The notes under the pieces were generated by a model. It was not told the origin of the DNA, did not search any database, and worked only from the letters and a program-made list of their open reading frames with translations. Of a stretch of 64,000 nt of DNA, positions 27,278-37,200 are shown one piece after another. A program made the position numbers and the translations under genes. The DNA is from an uncultured virus (IMG/VR IMGVR_UViG_3300042294_002722). Its lineage: Duplodnaviria; Heunggongvirae; Uroviricota; Caudoviricetes. Position 1 is the first letter of the stretch. Each line of letters opens with the position of its first letter. Where the stretch lies: the IMG/VR virus record IMGVR_UViG_3300042294_002722; one strand, 5' to 3'.

Positions 27278-28017
27278 TCAAAGACCTTTCCGGCGTAGCT
27301 GGCAACCCCGTCAGAGATGATGATTGGGTCAATGTTAAAGTTTCCGTTATCTCGGATGTGAGCCAGTCCTAGACAATGAACCCAGCCAGAGGGAGCATTC
27401 CGCATATACGACGGGTTTCTGTCGCACAAACAACCCAGGCTCATTGCCATGTGTTTGCAGGATATATCAATCGGACTCGCATGGGTGTGTGCTTGGTAGG
27501 TATGTGTGTGGCCGTAGATTACATTTCGTCCATACATCGAAACGTGTTTTTGGGCATGGTGTTGGTTGGTGTAGCATCCGTGCGTGAAGTACAACCTACC
27601 CTCTTTGTGGCATTCGTTGTACTCATAGCTTTTGATGACCTGCCCAGCCTTCCTACGATCCTTGAAGCAAAGCCCATTGTAATGCTCGACAAGCCCCCTG
27701 ACCTCGGGATGCTTGTCGATGTATTTTCCGGCCCGTGTTTCATGGTTCCCGGCCAAATAAACAAAATCTGGGCAGATGGAAACAAGTCGATCTAGAAGCC
27801 TGTTCCCTACGTCAAATTCGTGTTGCATCGACACCCCGGCACGTTCTAGAACGCTGTCGGGGTTATGGGAACTAAGTGGTAAGCAATCCAGAAAATCACC
27901 AAGAATTATGATTCTGTCTGGTTTGTACCATCTGGTGATTTTTATGGCGCATTCCACAGCACTTTCTGAGTGGTATGGGGCATGAACGTCTGGGAAGATC
28001 GCCAGTTTTTTAGCCAC
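27274..28017 (-). CDS. Calcineurin-like metallophosphoesterase
   Basis: DVH, LGDFLD, GNHE, THG, GHTH motifs. Confidence 0.9.
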   Translation of the reverse strand: MAKKLAIFPDVHAPYHSESAVECAIKITRWYKPDRIIILGDFLDCLPLSSHNPDSVLERAGVSMQHEFDVGNRLLDRLVSICPDFVYLAGNHETRAGKYIDKHPEVRGLVEHYNGLCFKDRRKAGQVIKSYEYNECHKEGRLYFTHGCYTNQHHAQKHVSMYGRNVIYGHTHTYQAHTHASPIDISCKHMAMSLGCLCDRNPSYMRNAPSGWVHCLGLAHIRDNGNFNIDPIIISDGVASYAGKVFE

Positions 28018-28714
28018 GTTTTCTCCTAGCCCCTACAGGGGTATTAAAAGCATCCTCTAATGACCAGCCAAGCCGAATACGGGATTTAACCGTGCGCTTA
28101 GAAATGCCTTCTGGTGTAGATTCAAGCCACTCCGACAAACACTTAGTGACTCCATTCATGGTTAGTTTTTTAGACTTTCTGGTGTTTCTGGCTTGCTCTA
28201 GGGGCGTTGCCCATTTGCAGTTGCCCGGCCCATAATCACCATCGACACACAACCGCTCTACCGTATCTGTTGGGTGCTGTTTCTTTCCCATGTCAGCCAA
28301 GAAATTCATAAATCCCTGGCCATTTGGTTCTTTCCATCGGTCGCAAACTTGGATGCCCCTGCCTCCATAATCAGGGTAATCCTTACAATTCTTATTATGG
28401 CATCTTGTGTTCATCTGCTTCCAGTGTTTGTACTCTGGGCTTTGGGACATGCCGTGTGTTTTGTTTAGCGATCTTATAGCATCCTTCTGCAAGCAACCGC
28501 AGCTTTTTGTCATGCCATTGGTGAGATTCTTTCTGCCTACCAACAAAGCCGCCCCACAAGAACATTCGCAGACCTGATATGCTCTGCGATGCCCGTCCTG
28601 CTCGGGTAGCAAAAACTTCGGCCCTACGGTCGTTAAACGACCAAAGACCTCTGGAGTAAATAACTCGTGGTCCTTGGCAACACGGATTCCATGTACTAGA
28701 ATATACTCAGCCAT
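28010..28714 (-). CDS. Free-standing HNH-type homing endonuclease 1
   Basis: CECSCG, TKSCGC, YGGRGIQVCDRW, ER...GDYGPGNCKWAT; start MAEYILVHGIRVAK after AGGAG. Confidence 0.85.
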   Translation of the reverse strand: MAEYILVHGIRVAKDHELFTPEVFGRLTTVGPKFLLPEQDGHRRAYQVCECSCGAALLVGRKNLTNGMTKSCGCLQKDAIRSLNKTHGMSQSPEYKHWKQMNTRCHNKNCKDYPDYGGRGIQVCDRWKEPNGQGFMNFLADMGKKQHPTDTVERLCVDGDYGPGNCKWATPLEQARNTRKSKKLTMNGVTKCLSEWLESTPEGISKRTVKSRIRLGWSLEDAFNTPVGARRKRG

Positions 28715-28824
28715 GATAGCTCCTGATAAGCTGTTAGCGGTTAGAAGGGCCGTGATGCAACGAACATCGCGGCCTTTCGTGTTATTGTAGCCGGTTTTGT
28801 CAAAATTTCCAAATCTAGTCAATC

Positions 28825-29508
28825 TTACAGCCCCTTGAGTGCTTCCATCATAGGTACGATGGCCGGGTGTCGCATGTTGTCCTTGGCTGTAAACCATTGG
28901 ACTGCAACGCAGTCCAGATGCTCTACAGCTTTAATAAAAGGTTCGATGCCACAAGAATTGCGGGTATCCTGCTCAGGGTCGCCACATAGCATTAGCGAGC
29001 TTCCTATGCCCATCCTAGACACAACAGCCCGTAATTCTGCCATGTTCATAATTTCAAACTCTTCGCATATAATCGCGGCGCGTTCAAATGTCATTCCAAG
29101 AACGTAACCTAATGGCATAATGGTTATGAACTGGGAAGGAATTCCTAATTTTTTAGCAATTTCGTAATTGCTCGCCACAAAATATTGCATTTTCTCCTCG
29201 GCACTTCCAGGCAACGCAGCAAGCCTCGAACGCCCCATTTCAAGAGGAGATCGGATAATAACTATCCTGTCGATTTGTTTGCGTTTAAGAGCCTGTCTAG
29301 CCCATGCCATGCAAGCGTATGATTTACCCGATCCAGGCACTCCTACTGCGATACCGACTGGCTTTTCGTCCATCATCGCCATAAACGCTCGTTGGCTTTC
29401 GTTTAGGTGCAGCTTCGAGCTAGCTACAGATGAGATTTCTTCTTCGCAGGCGGCTATTGACTTATTAGCAGGCTTGACCCCAGGAGGAACGGTTTTTCGT
29501 CTTGCCAT
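28825..29508 (-). CDS. phoH: PhoH-like ATPase
   Basis: GVPGSGKS, ALPGSAEEKM, GMTFERA, SRMGIGS, GDPEQ, MRHP. Confidence 0.9.
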   Translation of the reverse strand: MARRKTVPPGVKPANKSIAACEEEISSVASSKLHLNESQRAFMAMMDEKPVGIAVGVPGSGKSYACMAWARQALKRKQIDRIVIIRSPLEMGRSRLAALPGSAEEKMQYFVASNYEIAKKLGIPSQFITIMPLGYVLGMTFERAAIICEEFEIMNMAELRAVVSRMGIGSSLMLCGDPEQDTRNSCGIEPFIKAVEHLDCVAVQWFTAKDNMRHPAIVPMMEALKGL

Positions 29509-29536
29509 GATGAGCTTTCTTTGTTTAGAACAAAAA

Positions 29537-29588
29537 TGCCCCGGTTAGATATGACTCCGGATATTTCCAGAACCGTCTAACCGGGGCA
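29537..29588 (-). terminator. Long hairpin/terminator upstream of phoH
   Basis: TGCCCCGGTTAGA/TCTAACCGGGGCA stem with a T5 tail on the minus strand. Confidence 0.55.
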
Positions 29589-29722
29589 CGCCCGCTGTCT
29601 TGGTGAAAGTTGACACAAATCTATTTGAGAATTCCGGTTATGACTGCCACGGTGACACCTACCAACAGAATGATGTTCATCGCAACAACTATCATAATCC
29701 GTTTCTCTTCTGGAGGCATGGA

Positions 29723-29881
29723 CTACTTCATCCCTTTGCGTTTCGCAGTCTTAGCAGACTGCTTAAACGCCTTTTCAGTTGGAGCGCCTTTTGACCCAGG
29801 TTTTCGCATCGCCTCGCCGCTACCGGCCTTGATGCGTTCGCGTTTTTCCTGGATATTGCGGTAAAGTCCTTTTCCTTTCAT
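29723..29881 (-). CDS. Small basic protein (52 aa, [23 protein letters not shown]...)
   Basis: Hand-translated; TAATG-coupled to the upstream gene; shares the C-terminus KRKGMK with it. Confidence 0.65.
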   Translation of the reverse strand: MKGKGLYRNIQEKRERIKAGSGEAMRKPGSKGAPTEKAFKQSAKTAKRKGMK

Positions 29882-30060
29882 TACTTCATCCCCTTGCGCT
29901 TGGGGGCCTTTTCGGGCTTCCCGGCTTTCATCGCGGCCTTGCGAGCGGTACTAAGTGCGATTGCAACGGCCTGTTTTTGCGACATCCCTGGATTACTCTT
30001 CATCTCCTTGGAGATGTTTTCCGAGACTGTCTTCTTGCTGTAGCCTTTTTTGAGTGGCAT
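29881..30060 (-). CDS. Small basic protein ([16 protein letters not shown]...[10 protein letters not shown])
   Basis: Recognisable conserved small phage protein pattern. Confidence 0.7.
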   Translation of the reverse strand: MPLKKGYSKKTVSENISKEMKSNPGMSQKQAVAIALSTARKAAMKAGKPEKAPKRKGMK

Positions 30061-30150
30061 GGTGCATTCTTTCAGAGGATAGAGAATCGGCAACCTGTTC
30101 AAGTTTAACTACAAGAACTCAATTTGACAAGTTCCCGCATAGCAGAAGAC

Positions 30151-30179
30151 TTGACAGGGAGCTAATCACATAATAGAAT
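30151..30179 (+). promoter_or_regulatory. Sigma70-type promoter
   Basis: TTGACA-N17-TAGAAT. Confidence 0.75.
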
Positions 30180-30185
30180 TTGCTC

Positions 30186-30642
30186 GGGCCGGAGGACTGG
30201 TACTCCTTCGGACTATACCGTAGCTGGTATGCCTGCTGTCCTAGTGCAGGTTCAATGCCATTCACAGATCGGAGTTCGTCGGCAGGCTGGGGTTCTAATG
30301 TCCTCGGGGAGTCGGCTATCGCGTGGGGTCTGGCAAAGGGCTTTTAGGTCAGCAAGTGACACGTTCCCATAGGAGCGTGGTAGGTAGACACCGAAAGTGT
30401 CGAGTCGGGCACAAATCCGGCGACCTAGACGAGAATCGCAACCTCGTATGCGGGGCAAGACTGAATAACCAATCCGGGCTATGTTCTACCCTAACAACCC
30501 GGCTGGGGGACGCTGCAATGCGCAGTCTACACCTGTAGCCTTACCAGGGCCAACACACCCGGTACACGGCAGCCAGCTACCCAAAACCCACCGAAGGCAG
30601 GAAAGCACGGCACTGGACAACCCAGGGCCATGCGTCCCCCAG
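30186..30642 (+). ncRNA. Candidate large structured non-coding RNA or leader
   Basis: No convincing ORF; many hairpins and an 11-bp long-range helix (30503-30513 with 30632-30642). Confidence 0.45.
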
Positions 30643-30710
30643 ATAAAGGGGCGGTGCGCAAACAACAGAAAACTAGGGGTTACGGGGCGCAGCGAAGCTG
30701 CATTAGGAAC

Positions 30711-31490
30711 ATGGGCATACAGCTACCGGAAACTAACCCTAATGTGTGGACTCCTGACCGGATTTGGCAGGGGTACGAGTGTGCGCTGTCTTGCCCCACA
30801 GACAAAGAGCTAGCGGTAGCTCTCCAGATTTCGGATGACCGGTTACGGCAGTGGAAGAACGAGCAACCAGCGTTCTACCGGGCTATCCTGGCCGCTAGGG
30901 CGCGTTCTGGCGATGTCCGGGCGGGGGCTATGGCATTGAGTCAGCATATCTCGAACTCGCTTCCTGACGATCTACGCGAGCTTTGGGAGGGGTTACAGGA
31001 CGAGAATGCACCTAACAATCCTGCAAAGATGGCTATTGCTACCAAGGGGGATTACGACCGGCAGAGACTGCTAGTTCACGCTCTAAGTAGTACCCAGTTC
31101 GATCTGAACCGGTGTATGCGGCTACTGAACATTTCCAAGGCAACCTTGGATCGATGGGCGAAGGACGATCCCCGGTTTGTGCGGCTATGGGAAGAGATGG
31201 TCCACGCGAAGAAAAATTTCATCGAGTCGGCATTGATGGATTTGATCGGGGAGGGAAATACTCGGGCGATCCTGTTCGCCAATGAACGGTTAAACAAGGA
31301 TCGCGGTTACGGGCAGACGGTGACGGTGGAAGGGACGATAAATCACAAGGTAGCGGTGCTGGATTTGTCCAAGTTAGCCCTGGACGTAGATACCAAGATG
31401 AAAATCTTAGATGCCGCGAAAAACGCCGGAATCATCGATCAGGACGGCTTGATAGAGGGTGATCCCTTGCGCCCCGTAGTAGAAGCCTAG
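30711..31490 (+). CDS. Terminase small subunit-like HTH protein
   Basis: Two HTH-like segments; IESALMDLIGEGNTRAILF...KDRGYG pattern typical of terS-like proteins; AGGA RBS before ATG 30711. Confidence 0.65.
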   Translation: MGIQLPETNPNVWTPDRIWQGYECALSCPTDKELAVALQISDDRLRQWKNEQPAFYRAILAARARSGDVRAGAMALSQHISNSLPDDLRELWEGLQDENAPNNPAKMAIATKGDYDRQRLLVHALSSTQFDLNRCMRLLNISKATLDRWAKDDPRFVRLWEEMVHAKKNFIESALMDLIGEGNTRAILFANERLNKDRGYGQTVTVEGTINHKVAVLDLSKLALDVDTKMKILDAAKNAGIIDQDGLIEGDPLRPVVEA

Positions 31491-31876
31491 TGTTTCAGGT
31501 TCGCCAGAACGGTCTTCCAGCGAGTGTCGGCATGGTAAGGAAGATAAACCAATGTGACTGCATGGCGATCAAACTGCTTTTGGAGCGCCTCGGTAACGCT
31601 GAGGTTGGCTACAGCAGGTTGAAGGCCCGAGCCGATGGCTTCCAGGGCATCTAGGGCTAAGACGTTGTCTACGGTCAGGATGACATTACACCGGGTTGTG
31701 AAGTCGTCAAGTGCGGCTAATGCGGCAAGTAGATAGAGTTTCGTCGAGTCTTGGCAGGAAGCTTTACCTGATAACGCTACGGTCCATTTTGCGTGGTGCG
31801 GACAACTTAGAACCGTCCATTTACCTGTCCCGGTAGTCGGGCAGAGTGCCGCAAGGAAACTCGTATACGAGTGCAT
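31487..31876 (-). CDS. Degenerate RNase HI-like protein
   Basis: GTGKW...LYLLAALAALD...VILTVDN echoes the RNase HI layout but lacks key acidic residues. Confidence 0.35.
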   Translation of the reverse strand: MHSYTSFLAALCPTTGTGKWTVLSCPHHAKWTVALSGKASCQDSTKLYLLAALAALDDFTTRCNVILTVDNVLALDALEAIGSGLQPAVANLSVTEALQKQFDRHAVTLVYLPYHADTRWKTVLANLKH

Positions 31877-32130
31877 TATCCTTTTCTTTCTATGGCATTT
31901 CTGACTTCTTGGATTCTGGCTCTCTCCTCGTCCTTGCGGCTGAGGTGCTTTTTGATAAGCGGTTCATTTGGCTTATAGCACCTGCACCAATCATTCCATT
32001 TGACCGTAGGAAACCCACCAGGGCGCGGCGGGTTATAGCGACACTGATAGAGAGCGCCATCGCCAATGCGTTTGCAATGTTCACAAAACTTACATGCCTT
32101 TTGCGGCATCTCCGGGGTTTCGTTACTCAT
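31876..32130 (-). CDS. Small Cys-rich hypothetical protein
   Basis: CKFC...CRYNPP...FPTV...DWC. Confidence 0.6.
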   Translation of the reverse strand: MSNETPEMPQKACKFCEHCKRIGDGALYQCRYNPPRPGGFPTVKWNDWCRCYKPNEPLIKKHLSRKDEERARIQEVRNAIERKG

Positions 32131-32423
32131 GTTTCGTCACCTAAGTCGATAGATCGATATCCTAAATCCCACAATATCTTAGCCAAGTCGGTAGAGAATC
32201 GCAAAACAGCGTCCTCACTCCACTTTTTTTCGCTACAGTGCGTCACTTCGTGTATAATAGTATCTAGTAAGTCGATGCCCTTTGCCTTATCAGAAATCCA
32301 GATATGTTTTTTAGGTGTGGCAGGGTCGTTTTCGGCTAATCCGTCCAGTCCACGAAGCGGGGCGGTCGTCAAAGTCCAGTATTTACCGTCAATTACTACA
32401 CGCTTAGGATGAATTGAAGCCAT
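32127..32423 (-). CDS. Small zincin-like metallopeptidase
   Basis: DTIIHEVTH (HExxH) followed by E. Confidence 0.7.
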   Translation of the reverse strand: MASIHPKRVVIDGKYWTLTTAPLRGLDGLAENDPATPKKHIWISDKAKGIDLLDTIIHEVTHCSEKKWSEDAVLRFSTDLAKILWDLGYRSIDLGDET

Positions 32424-33108
32424 GAGAAAAAAGTCCGCTAGTTATCGTTGCTGTTTTTTGGATGTACGTCTTGAGTATACAGAACAAACGTATGGCAAGT
32501 TAAAAACACTTGGACCTGCGTTTTTCTTGCCAGTAGGTAAACAGGGACGCAAATGCGATTTCCAGGTAGTAGCCTGCTCTTGTTCGAACGAAGTATTTGT
32601 AAAGCGAGTCGATGACATGAAGTCCGGGCGTGTTACATCTTGCGGCTGTGCTAGGCAAACGCATGGGTGCTGGAATAAACCAGAAACAGGCTACAAATGT
32701 TGGGAAGCCATGCTCCACCGTTGCAAACATGTTGATAAATATGCGTGTCGCAATCATGGAGCTAGGGGCATACAGGTATGCGAAAGATGGAAAGAACCAA
32801 ACGGCCAGGGGTTTTTGAACTTTATAGCCGATATGGGGCCTAGGCCATCTCTAAAACATTCCATAGACAGGATAGACAATGAGGGACACTATGAGCCGGG
32901 GAATTGCAGGTGGGCGACACAGAAAGAACAAAATTCTAATACGCGACGAAACACCTGGATTGAACACAACGGGGAAAGAAAAACAGTCGCAGAGTGGGCT
33001 AGATTAGCGGGTTTGGACGCTGGCACTTTATATTCACGAATTTTCATAGGAAAGTGGAGCGTAGAAAAGGCATTGACCACTCCTGCGAACACTACGCGAC
33101 GGGATTGA
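32422..33108 (+). CDS. Free-standing HNH-type homing endonuclease 2
   Basis: GARGIQVCERW, SIDRIDNEGHYEPGNCRWAT. Confidence 0.85.
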   Translation: MRKKSASYRCCFLDVRLEYTEQTYGKLKTLGPAFFLPVGKQGRKCDFQVVACSCSNEVFVKRVDDMKSGRVTSCGCARQTHGCWNKPETGYKCWEAMLHRCKHVDKYACRNHGARGIQVCERWKEPNGQGFLNFIADMGPRPSLKHSIDRIDNEGHYEPGNCRWATQKEQNSNTRRNTWIEHNGERKTVAEWARLAGLDAGTLYSRIFIGKWSVEKALTTPANTTRRD

Positions 33109-33311
33109 CGGTAAACATCTGCTTTGCGCGGACAATTTTCACCTTTGGCCCAGGAAACCGTTTTCTCAGCTTTCCGGCAAATCTTGCTACTAAATTGACT
33201 GCCACAGAGAAATTTCCTGCAATTCTGTCTTTTTGTATTGACAACTGACCAGGAAATGCCGATCATTTCCCTCGACAGTTTAACCCATTTCCCTACTGAA
33301 AGGCAAAAAAC

Positions 33312-33818
33312 ATGGAAGCGACCATCGAAAATGCAATGAGTATCGTAGAAAAAGCAGTAAATCGGCTGTTCTACAAGAAATATCGCGGCAGGCTGCGGGA
33401 CTCCGATGAACTTCTTTCCGATGCCCAGATGCTGATTTTCAAGAAATTTAGCAGTTATGACCCAAAAATCGGGTCGTTTGAGGGGTATATCAATATGTAC
33501 GTCGAATTTGCGGCGATTCGACTGCTTTCCACTACTTACAAACGATCCTTACGCCGGAAAGAACACATTGGAACCATCGACGATGTCACACGGATTTCCA
33601 AAGACATTCCAGAAGGACTCGACGACCTCGTCAGACGGGCTATCGAAATTTTTGAAAGCCAAAAGTCTATGCGGTCGGATTCAGTCCGGAGAATTCTGCG
33701 AGGCGAACTCCAATCTCAAGGGTGGAGTTTGCCAAGAATTCAAGAGGCTTTCCGAGAAATCGATGCCGCCATCACGGGGGATCGAGTTTGCTGTTACGCC
33801 AAAACCGAGGAGGCATAA
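33312..33818 (+). CDS. Sigma-factor-like protein (region 2-like)
   Basis: DSDELLSDA...SSYDPKIGSFEGYI; upstream TTGACA...GCCGAT and GAAAGG RBS. Confidence 0.55.
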   Translation: MEATIENAMSIVEKAVNRLFYKKYRGRLRDSDELLSDAQMLIFKKFSSYDPKIGSFEGYINMYVEFAAIRLLSTTYKRSLRRKEHIGTIDDVTRISKDIPEGLDDLVRRAIEIFESQKSMRSDSVRRILRGELQSQGWSLPRIQEAFREIDAAITGDRVCCYAKTEEA

Positions 33819-34153
33819 TGGCAACTGCTCCCGATGAAGTGAACGAAGATTTACTGCAAGAGATCGTCAATCAAGTCAAATACTCGATTGAAAGCCCATT
33901 GCAGATCGCACGGGTGGTAACTCGCAAACATCCTGCGTTCAGGGCTGCCGCTAAACTTGCGAATAAGGCAGACAGAGAACGGCAAAACCGAACTATACGG
34001 AATACGGTGACTAAAGCTGTAGAACGAATTCGTTCGTTCATCAGACCTTTTCCTAATGATCGATGCCCCGATTGCGGGAAAAAGATACGAACAAGACGAT
34101 GTCTTGTGTGCGATCTTGAGAAGGGGCTAGTGAAAGAGACGGCATACGAATGA
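33818..34153 (+). CDS. Hypothetical protein with C-terminal Zn ribbon
   Basis: GAGGAGG RBS; CPDCG...CLVC. Confidence 0.55.
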   Translation: MATAPDEVNEDLLQEIVNQVKYSIESPLQIARVVTRKHPAFRAAAKLANKADRERQNRTIRNTVTKAVERIRSFIRPFPNDRCPDCGKKIRTRRCLVCDLEKGLVKETAYE

Positions 34154-35511
34154 AACTGTTTCAGCACCAAGTCGAAGGCGTTGACTTTATGGCAAAGGTC
34201 CACGGAGGCGTTCTGCTTGCGGACGAACCCGGCCTAGGAAAAACTGCACAGGTAGCTACCCTCATCAAACAGCAGAACTTGCTTCCTGCGTTAGTTATTT
34301 GCCCGGCATCGGTCAAGGATAACTGGAAGCGGGAGATCAAGGCATGGACTGGGTATGATGCCCAGATACTTTCTGGGAAGTCCCCGGAAGGTATGGATCA
34401 GCCACCACCCATTACCATCATCAATTACGACATTCTGGATGCCTGGAAGATGGTTTTGGCTGGAATACGCTGGGGATGCCTTGCTATTGACGAATGCCAC
34501 ATGCTAGCCGATAGAGCTTCTAAACGCACACGCGCTACTAAGCTGATCTCTCGCCATGCGTTAAAGGTAATAGGCATCAGCGGGACTCCGGTACTGAATC
34601 GGCCTGCCGACTTCTGGCCTATTTTGAACATCATTCGACCAGACATGTTCAAGTCGTTCCCGGAATATGCCTGGGCGTATTGCGATCCTCGTAAAACCCC
34701 GTGGGGATGGGAATACAAAGGCGCAAAAAACCTGGATCGTCTGCATCAGACTCTCCAGACGTTTATGATTCGCAGAAAGAAGGATGTCATGGACTTACCC
34801 GACAAAAGCCGAGTAATCGTTCCAATGACTGTCGATGAGCCGGAAACCTTGCAATCTGCTGAGAATGACTTCATCGGGTGGCTTACGTCCAACAGCCGGT
34901 ACGGAAATGTGACCTCGGCTAAAAAGGCCGAAGCAGTCACAAAACTCGGAGTCATCCTGCGTTTAACAAGCAGACTGAAATGCCGGTCTGTTGTGCGATG
35001 GGCTAGGCAGTTTCTTGCGGACAACCCTAACGAAAAGTTGGTGCTGTTCGCGGTTCACAGGGATATGATCGATGTCCTACAGCGCCGGGTACACCCAGAA
35101 GGGGTAGTAGTGATCGACGGGTCTGTGCCTACCTCAAAACGCCAAGCCATTGTAGATTCGTTCCAGAACGATCCCAAGGTGCGGTTGATGGTCGCTAACG
35201 TAAAGGCGGCAGGCGTAGGTATCACCCTGACAGCGGCCAGTACCATTGGGGTAGCCGAGCTTTGGTGGACTTCTGCGACGATGGCACAGGCCGAGGACAG
35301 AATTCACAGGGTTACGCAAGACAAAGCTTGCACGATTCATTACTTGGTTGTCCCGGGCACAGTAGAACAGAAAATCTGTAATGCGATCCAGACCAAACAA
35401 CAGATCGCAGATGCAGTGATTGACGGGCATCGCGTGACTTCTATGCCTATTTTGGATTTGTTACTGTCTTCTTCTAAAGGACTGATGAAAAATGTTAAAA
35501 AAACCGTATAA
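34150..35511 (+). CDS. SNF2-family helicase/translocase
   Basis: LADEPGLGKT, DECH, SGTP, GVGITL, QAEDRIHR. Confidence 0.95.
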   Translation: MKLFQHQVEGVDFMAKVHGGVLLADEPGLGKTAQVATLIKQQNLLPALVICPASVKDNWKREIKAWTGYDAQILSGKSPEGMDQPPPITIINYDILDAWKMVLAGIRWGCLAIDECHMLADRASKRTRATKLISRHALKVIGISGTPVLNRPADFWPILNIIRPDMFKSFPEYAWAYCDPRKTPWGWEYKGAKNLDRLHQTLQTFMIRRKKDVMDLPDKSRVIVPMTVDEPETLQSAENDFIGWLTSNSRYGNVTSAKKAEAVTKLGVILRLTSRLKCRSVVRWARQFLADNPNEKLVLFAVHRDMIDVLQRRVHPEGVVVIDGSVPTSKRQAIVDSFQNDPKVRLMVANVKAAGVGITLTAASTIGVAELWWTSATMAQAEDRIHRVTQDKACTIHYLVVPGTVEQKICNAIQTKQQIADAVIDGHRVTSMPILDLLLSSSKGLMKNVKKTV

Positions 35512-35776
35512 AAGCCTGACCGTAAATCGGCTCCCACGGGAGCTTGTTGACGGGATCAAGTATCTGGCAATCGAACTTGACTGCAACATACCTGAACTGG
35601 TCGAAGTTCTGATTCGGGAGGGATTGAAGCAAAAGGATACCTTGTACGCTGATATCCACAAACTGCGACAGGCCAGGATCAGAGAACAAAAAGAGCATCG
35701 CCAAGCCAAGAAAGAGTTGGCGGCTCTCCAGCAAAAACTTCACGGGGAGGTTATCCATGAGCCTGTTGCCGACTAG
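35492..35776 (+). CDS. Ribbon-helix-helix-like small regulator
   Basis: LTVNRLPRELVDGIKYLAI...ELVEVLIREGL. Confidence 0.5.
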   Translation: MLKKPYKSLTVNRLPRELVDGIKYLAIELDCNIPELVEVLIREGLKQKDTLYADIHKLRQARIREQKEHRQAKKELAALQQKLHGEVIHEPVAD

Positions 35777-36395
35777 TAAAGGCGAAGACAAGGGAGATTC
35801 TCCTGCGGTCGCGTTGACGAAGCTGTACGCTAGAAACCTTAGCGTTTCGCAGATTCCTATTCCATGCTACGCGACAGACTTCAAAAAACTTCTCAAGAAG
35901 CATAGCTTCGACGAGATTAAAAGGGTCATTCTGTGGCTACAGCAACAGCCAGAGCATACGAGACTCAAACCATCTTCCTGGTTCGTGTATCGTTTTGACT
36001 GGTTGCGGTTTTCGTCAAAGAATGATCTGTCGGATTACCCTGTCGGGGATGTTTCTGCTATTTCTCGCAAGATCGGTTTTGAAGGCGGGAATTTTATTCC
36101 TAGCACCTACATCCAGCATGCGCTAGATTCCTACGGGGTGTTCTTGGAATGGATGCGTACTCAACCGGACGGTAAGCCGATTTACGATTTCTTACCCCCG
36201 CCGAACGATTTTGTGGTTCGGTGGTTTGGTGTTTATGTGCCGAACTACAGCAACCAGTATCGCAAATTCAGCACAGGCCATGAGTCGTTTCGGCAGTACC
36301 TTTATAAAGTAGCACTCAAATCTTCGAGTCGCCCAGTGGCTGACCGGCTTTTGAAGGCATACGAAGAGTACAGGCAGAAGAACGATGTTCTTTAG
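35757..36395 (+). CDS. Hypothetical protein
   Basis: 212 aa, GGAGG RBS. Confidence 0.6.
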   Translation: MSLLPTSKGEDKGDSPAVALTKLYARNLSVSQIPIPCYATDFKKLLKKHSFDEIKRVILWLQQQPEHTRLKPSSWFVYRFDWLRFSSKNDLSDYPVGDVSAISRKIGFEGGNFIPSTYIQHALDSYGVFLEWMRTQPDGKPIYDFLPPPNDFVVRWFGVYVPNYSNQYRKFSTGHESFRQYLYKVALKSSSRPVADRLLKAYEEYRQKNDVL

Positions 36396-36440
36396 TCAAA
36401 TCCACAGAACGCCCAGGATAACTCAGAGCGAGGAAAAAGC

Positions 36441-36809
36441 ATGGAAATTGAAGGTATACCAGAAGGTTGGGAGTTTGTGCGGATAGGGGGTCCAGACAAG
36501 GGTGAGTTCGTTATAGATGTCACTGGAGAACCTTACGAGTCCGATTCGGATTATCGCGCAAGAAATTACGTCATAATCCGCAAGATCGAGAAGCCAAAGC
36601 GATATAGACCGTTTGCCAATGCCGAAGAGTTCAAGCCGCATCGAGATCGATGGATTGTTAGTGTCGGTAGTAGCGGAGCTAGGCGAGTGACTTCATACAC
36701 GGAAACCGAAGTTGTTTGCCGATTTACTGCTAGTTATGAAAAAATGCTAAAAGATTGTTGGTATTTTGATGATGACGGTTCGCCTTTTGGTGTTGAGGTG
36801 ACAGAATGA
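36441..36809 (+). CDS. Hypothetical protein (YRPFANAEEF...DGSPFG type)
   Basis: 122 aa, GAGGA RBS inside an attC-like half site. Confidence 0.65.
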   Translation: MEIEGIPEGWEFVRIGGPDKGEFVIDVTGEPYESDSDYRARNYVIIRKIEKPKRYRPFANAEEFKPHRDRWIVSVGSSGARRVTSYTETEVVCRFTASYEKMLKDCWYFDDDGSPFGVEVTE

Positions 36810-36997
36810 GTAGTGAATGCAAAGACGAAGACTGGGACGACTTTGAATCTTCGATCGTTGAATGCGATCGTTGCGGAGATATACGGAAATGCAAATACAC
36901 TGCTGATCCGTACATGTCAGAAGTCCACCCAGAGGAAGAAATCGGCAATGATTGGTGGTGCTACCTATGTTGGGATCAAAGGCATGGAGATGTTTGA
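36806..36997 (+). CDS. Small Zn-binding acidic protein, paralogue of 46606-46836
   Basis: Shared ECDxCG..DPYMxExHPEE..WCYxCWDxRHGD. Confidence 0.7.
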   Translation: MSSECKDEDWDDFESSIVECDRCGDIRKCKYTADPYMSEVHPEEEIGNDWWCYLCWDQRHGDV

Positions 36998-37200
36998 AAG
37001 GGCAAGATAATAGAATGAGTGCGTTAAAGACTGCGACTAGATGGGCTATCTATGGCGGCATTGGTCAGCTTATTTTATATCCGTTTGGTATGTCTGATAC
37101 TGGCGTATGGTGCGGGTGCATCTGCGGTGCAGTAGCAGAACATCTATGGGGCGATCGAATATGCAGTCGAATGGGATGACAGAGTACAGGCAGAAGAACG

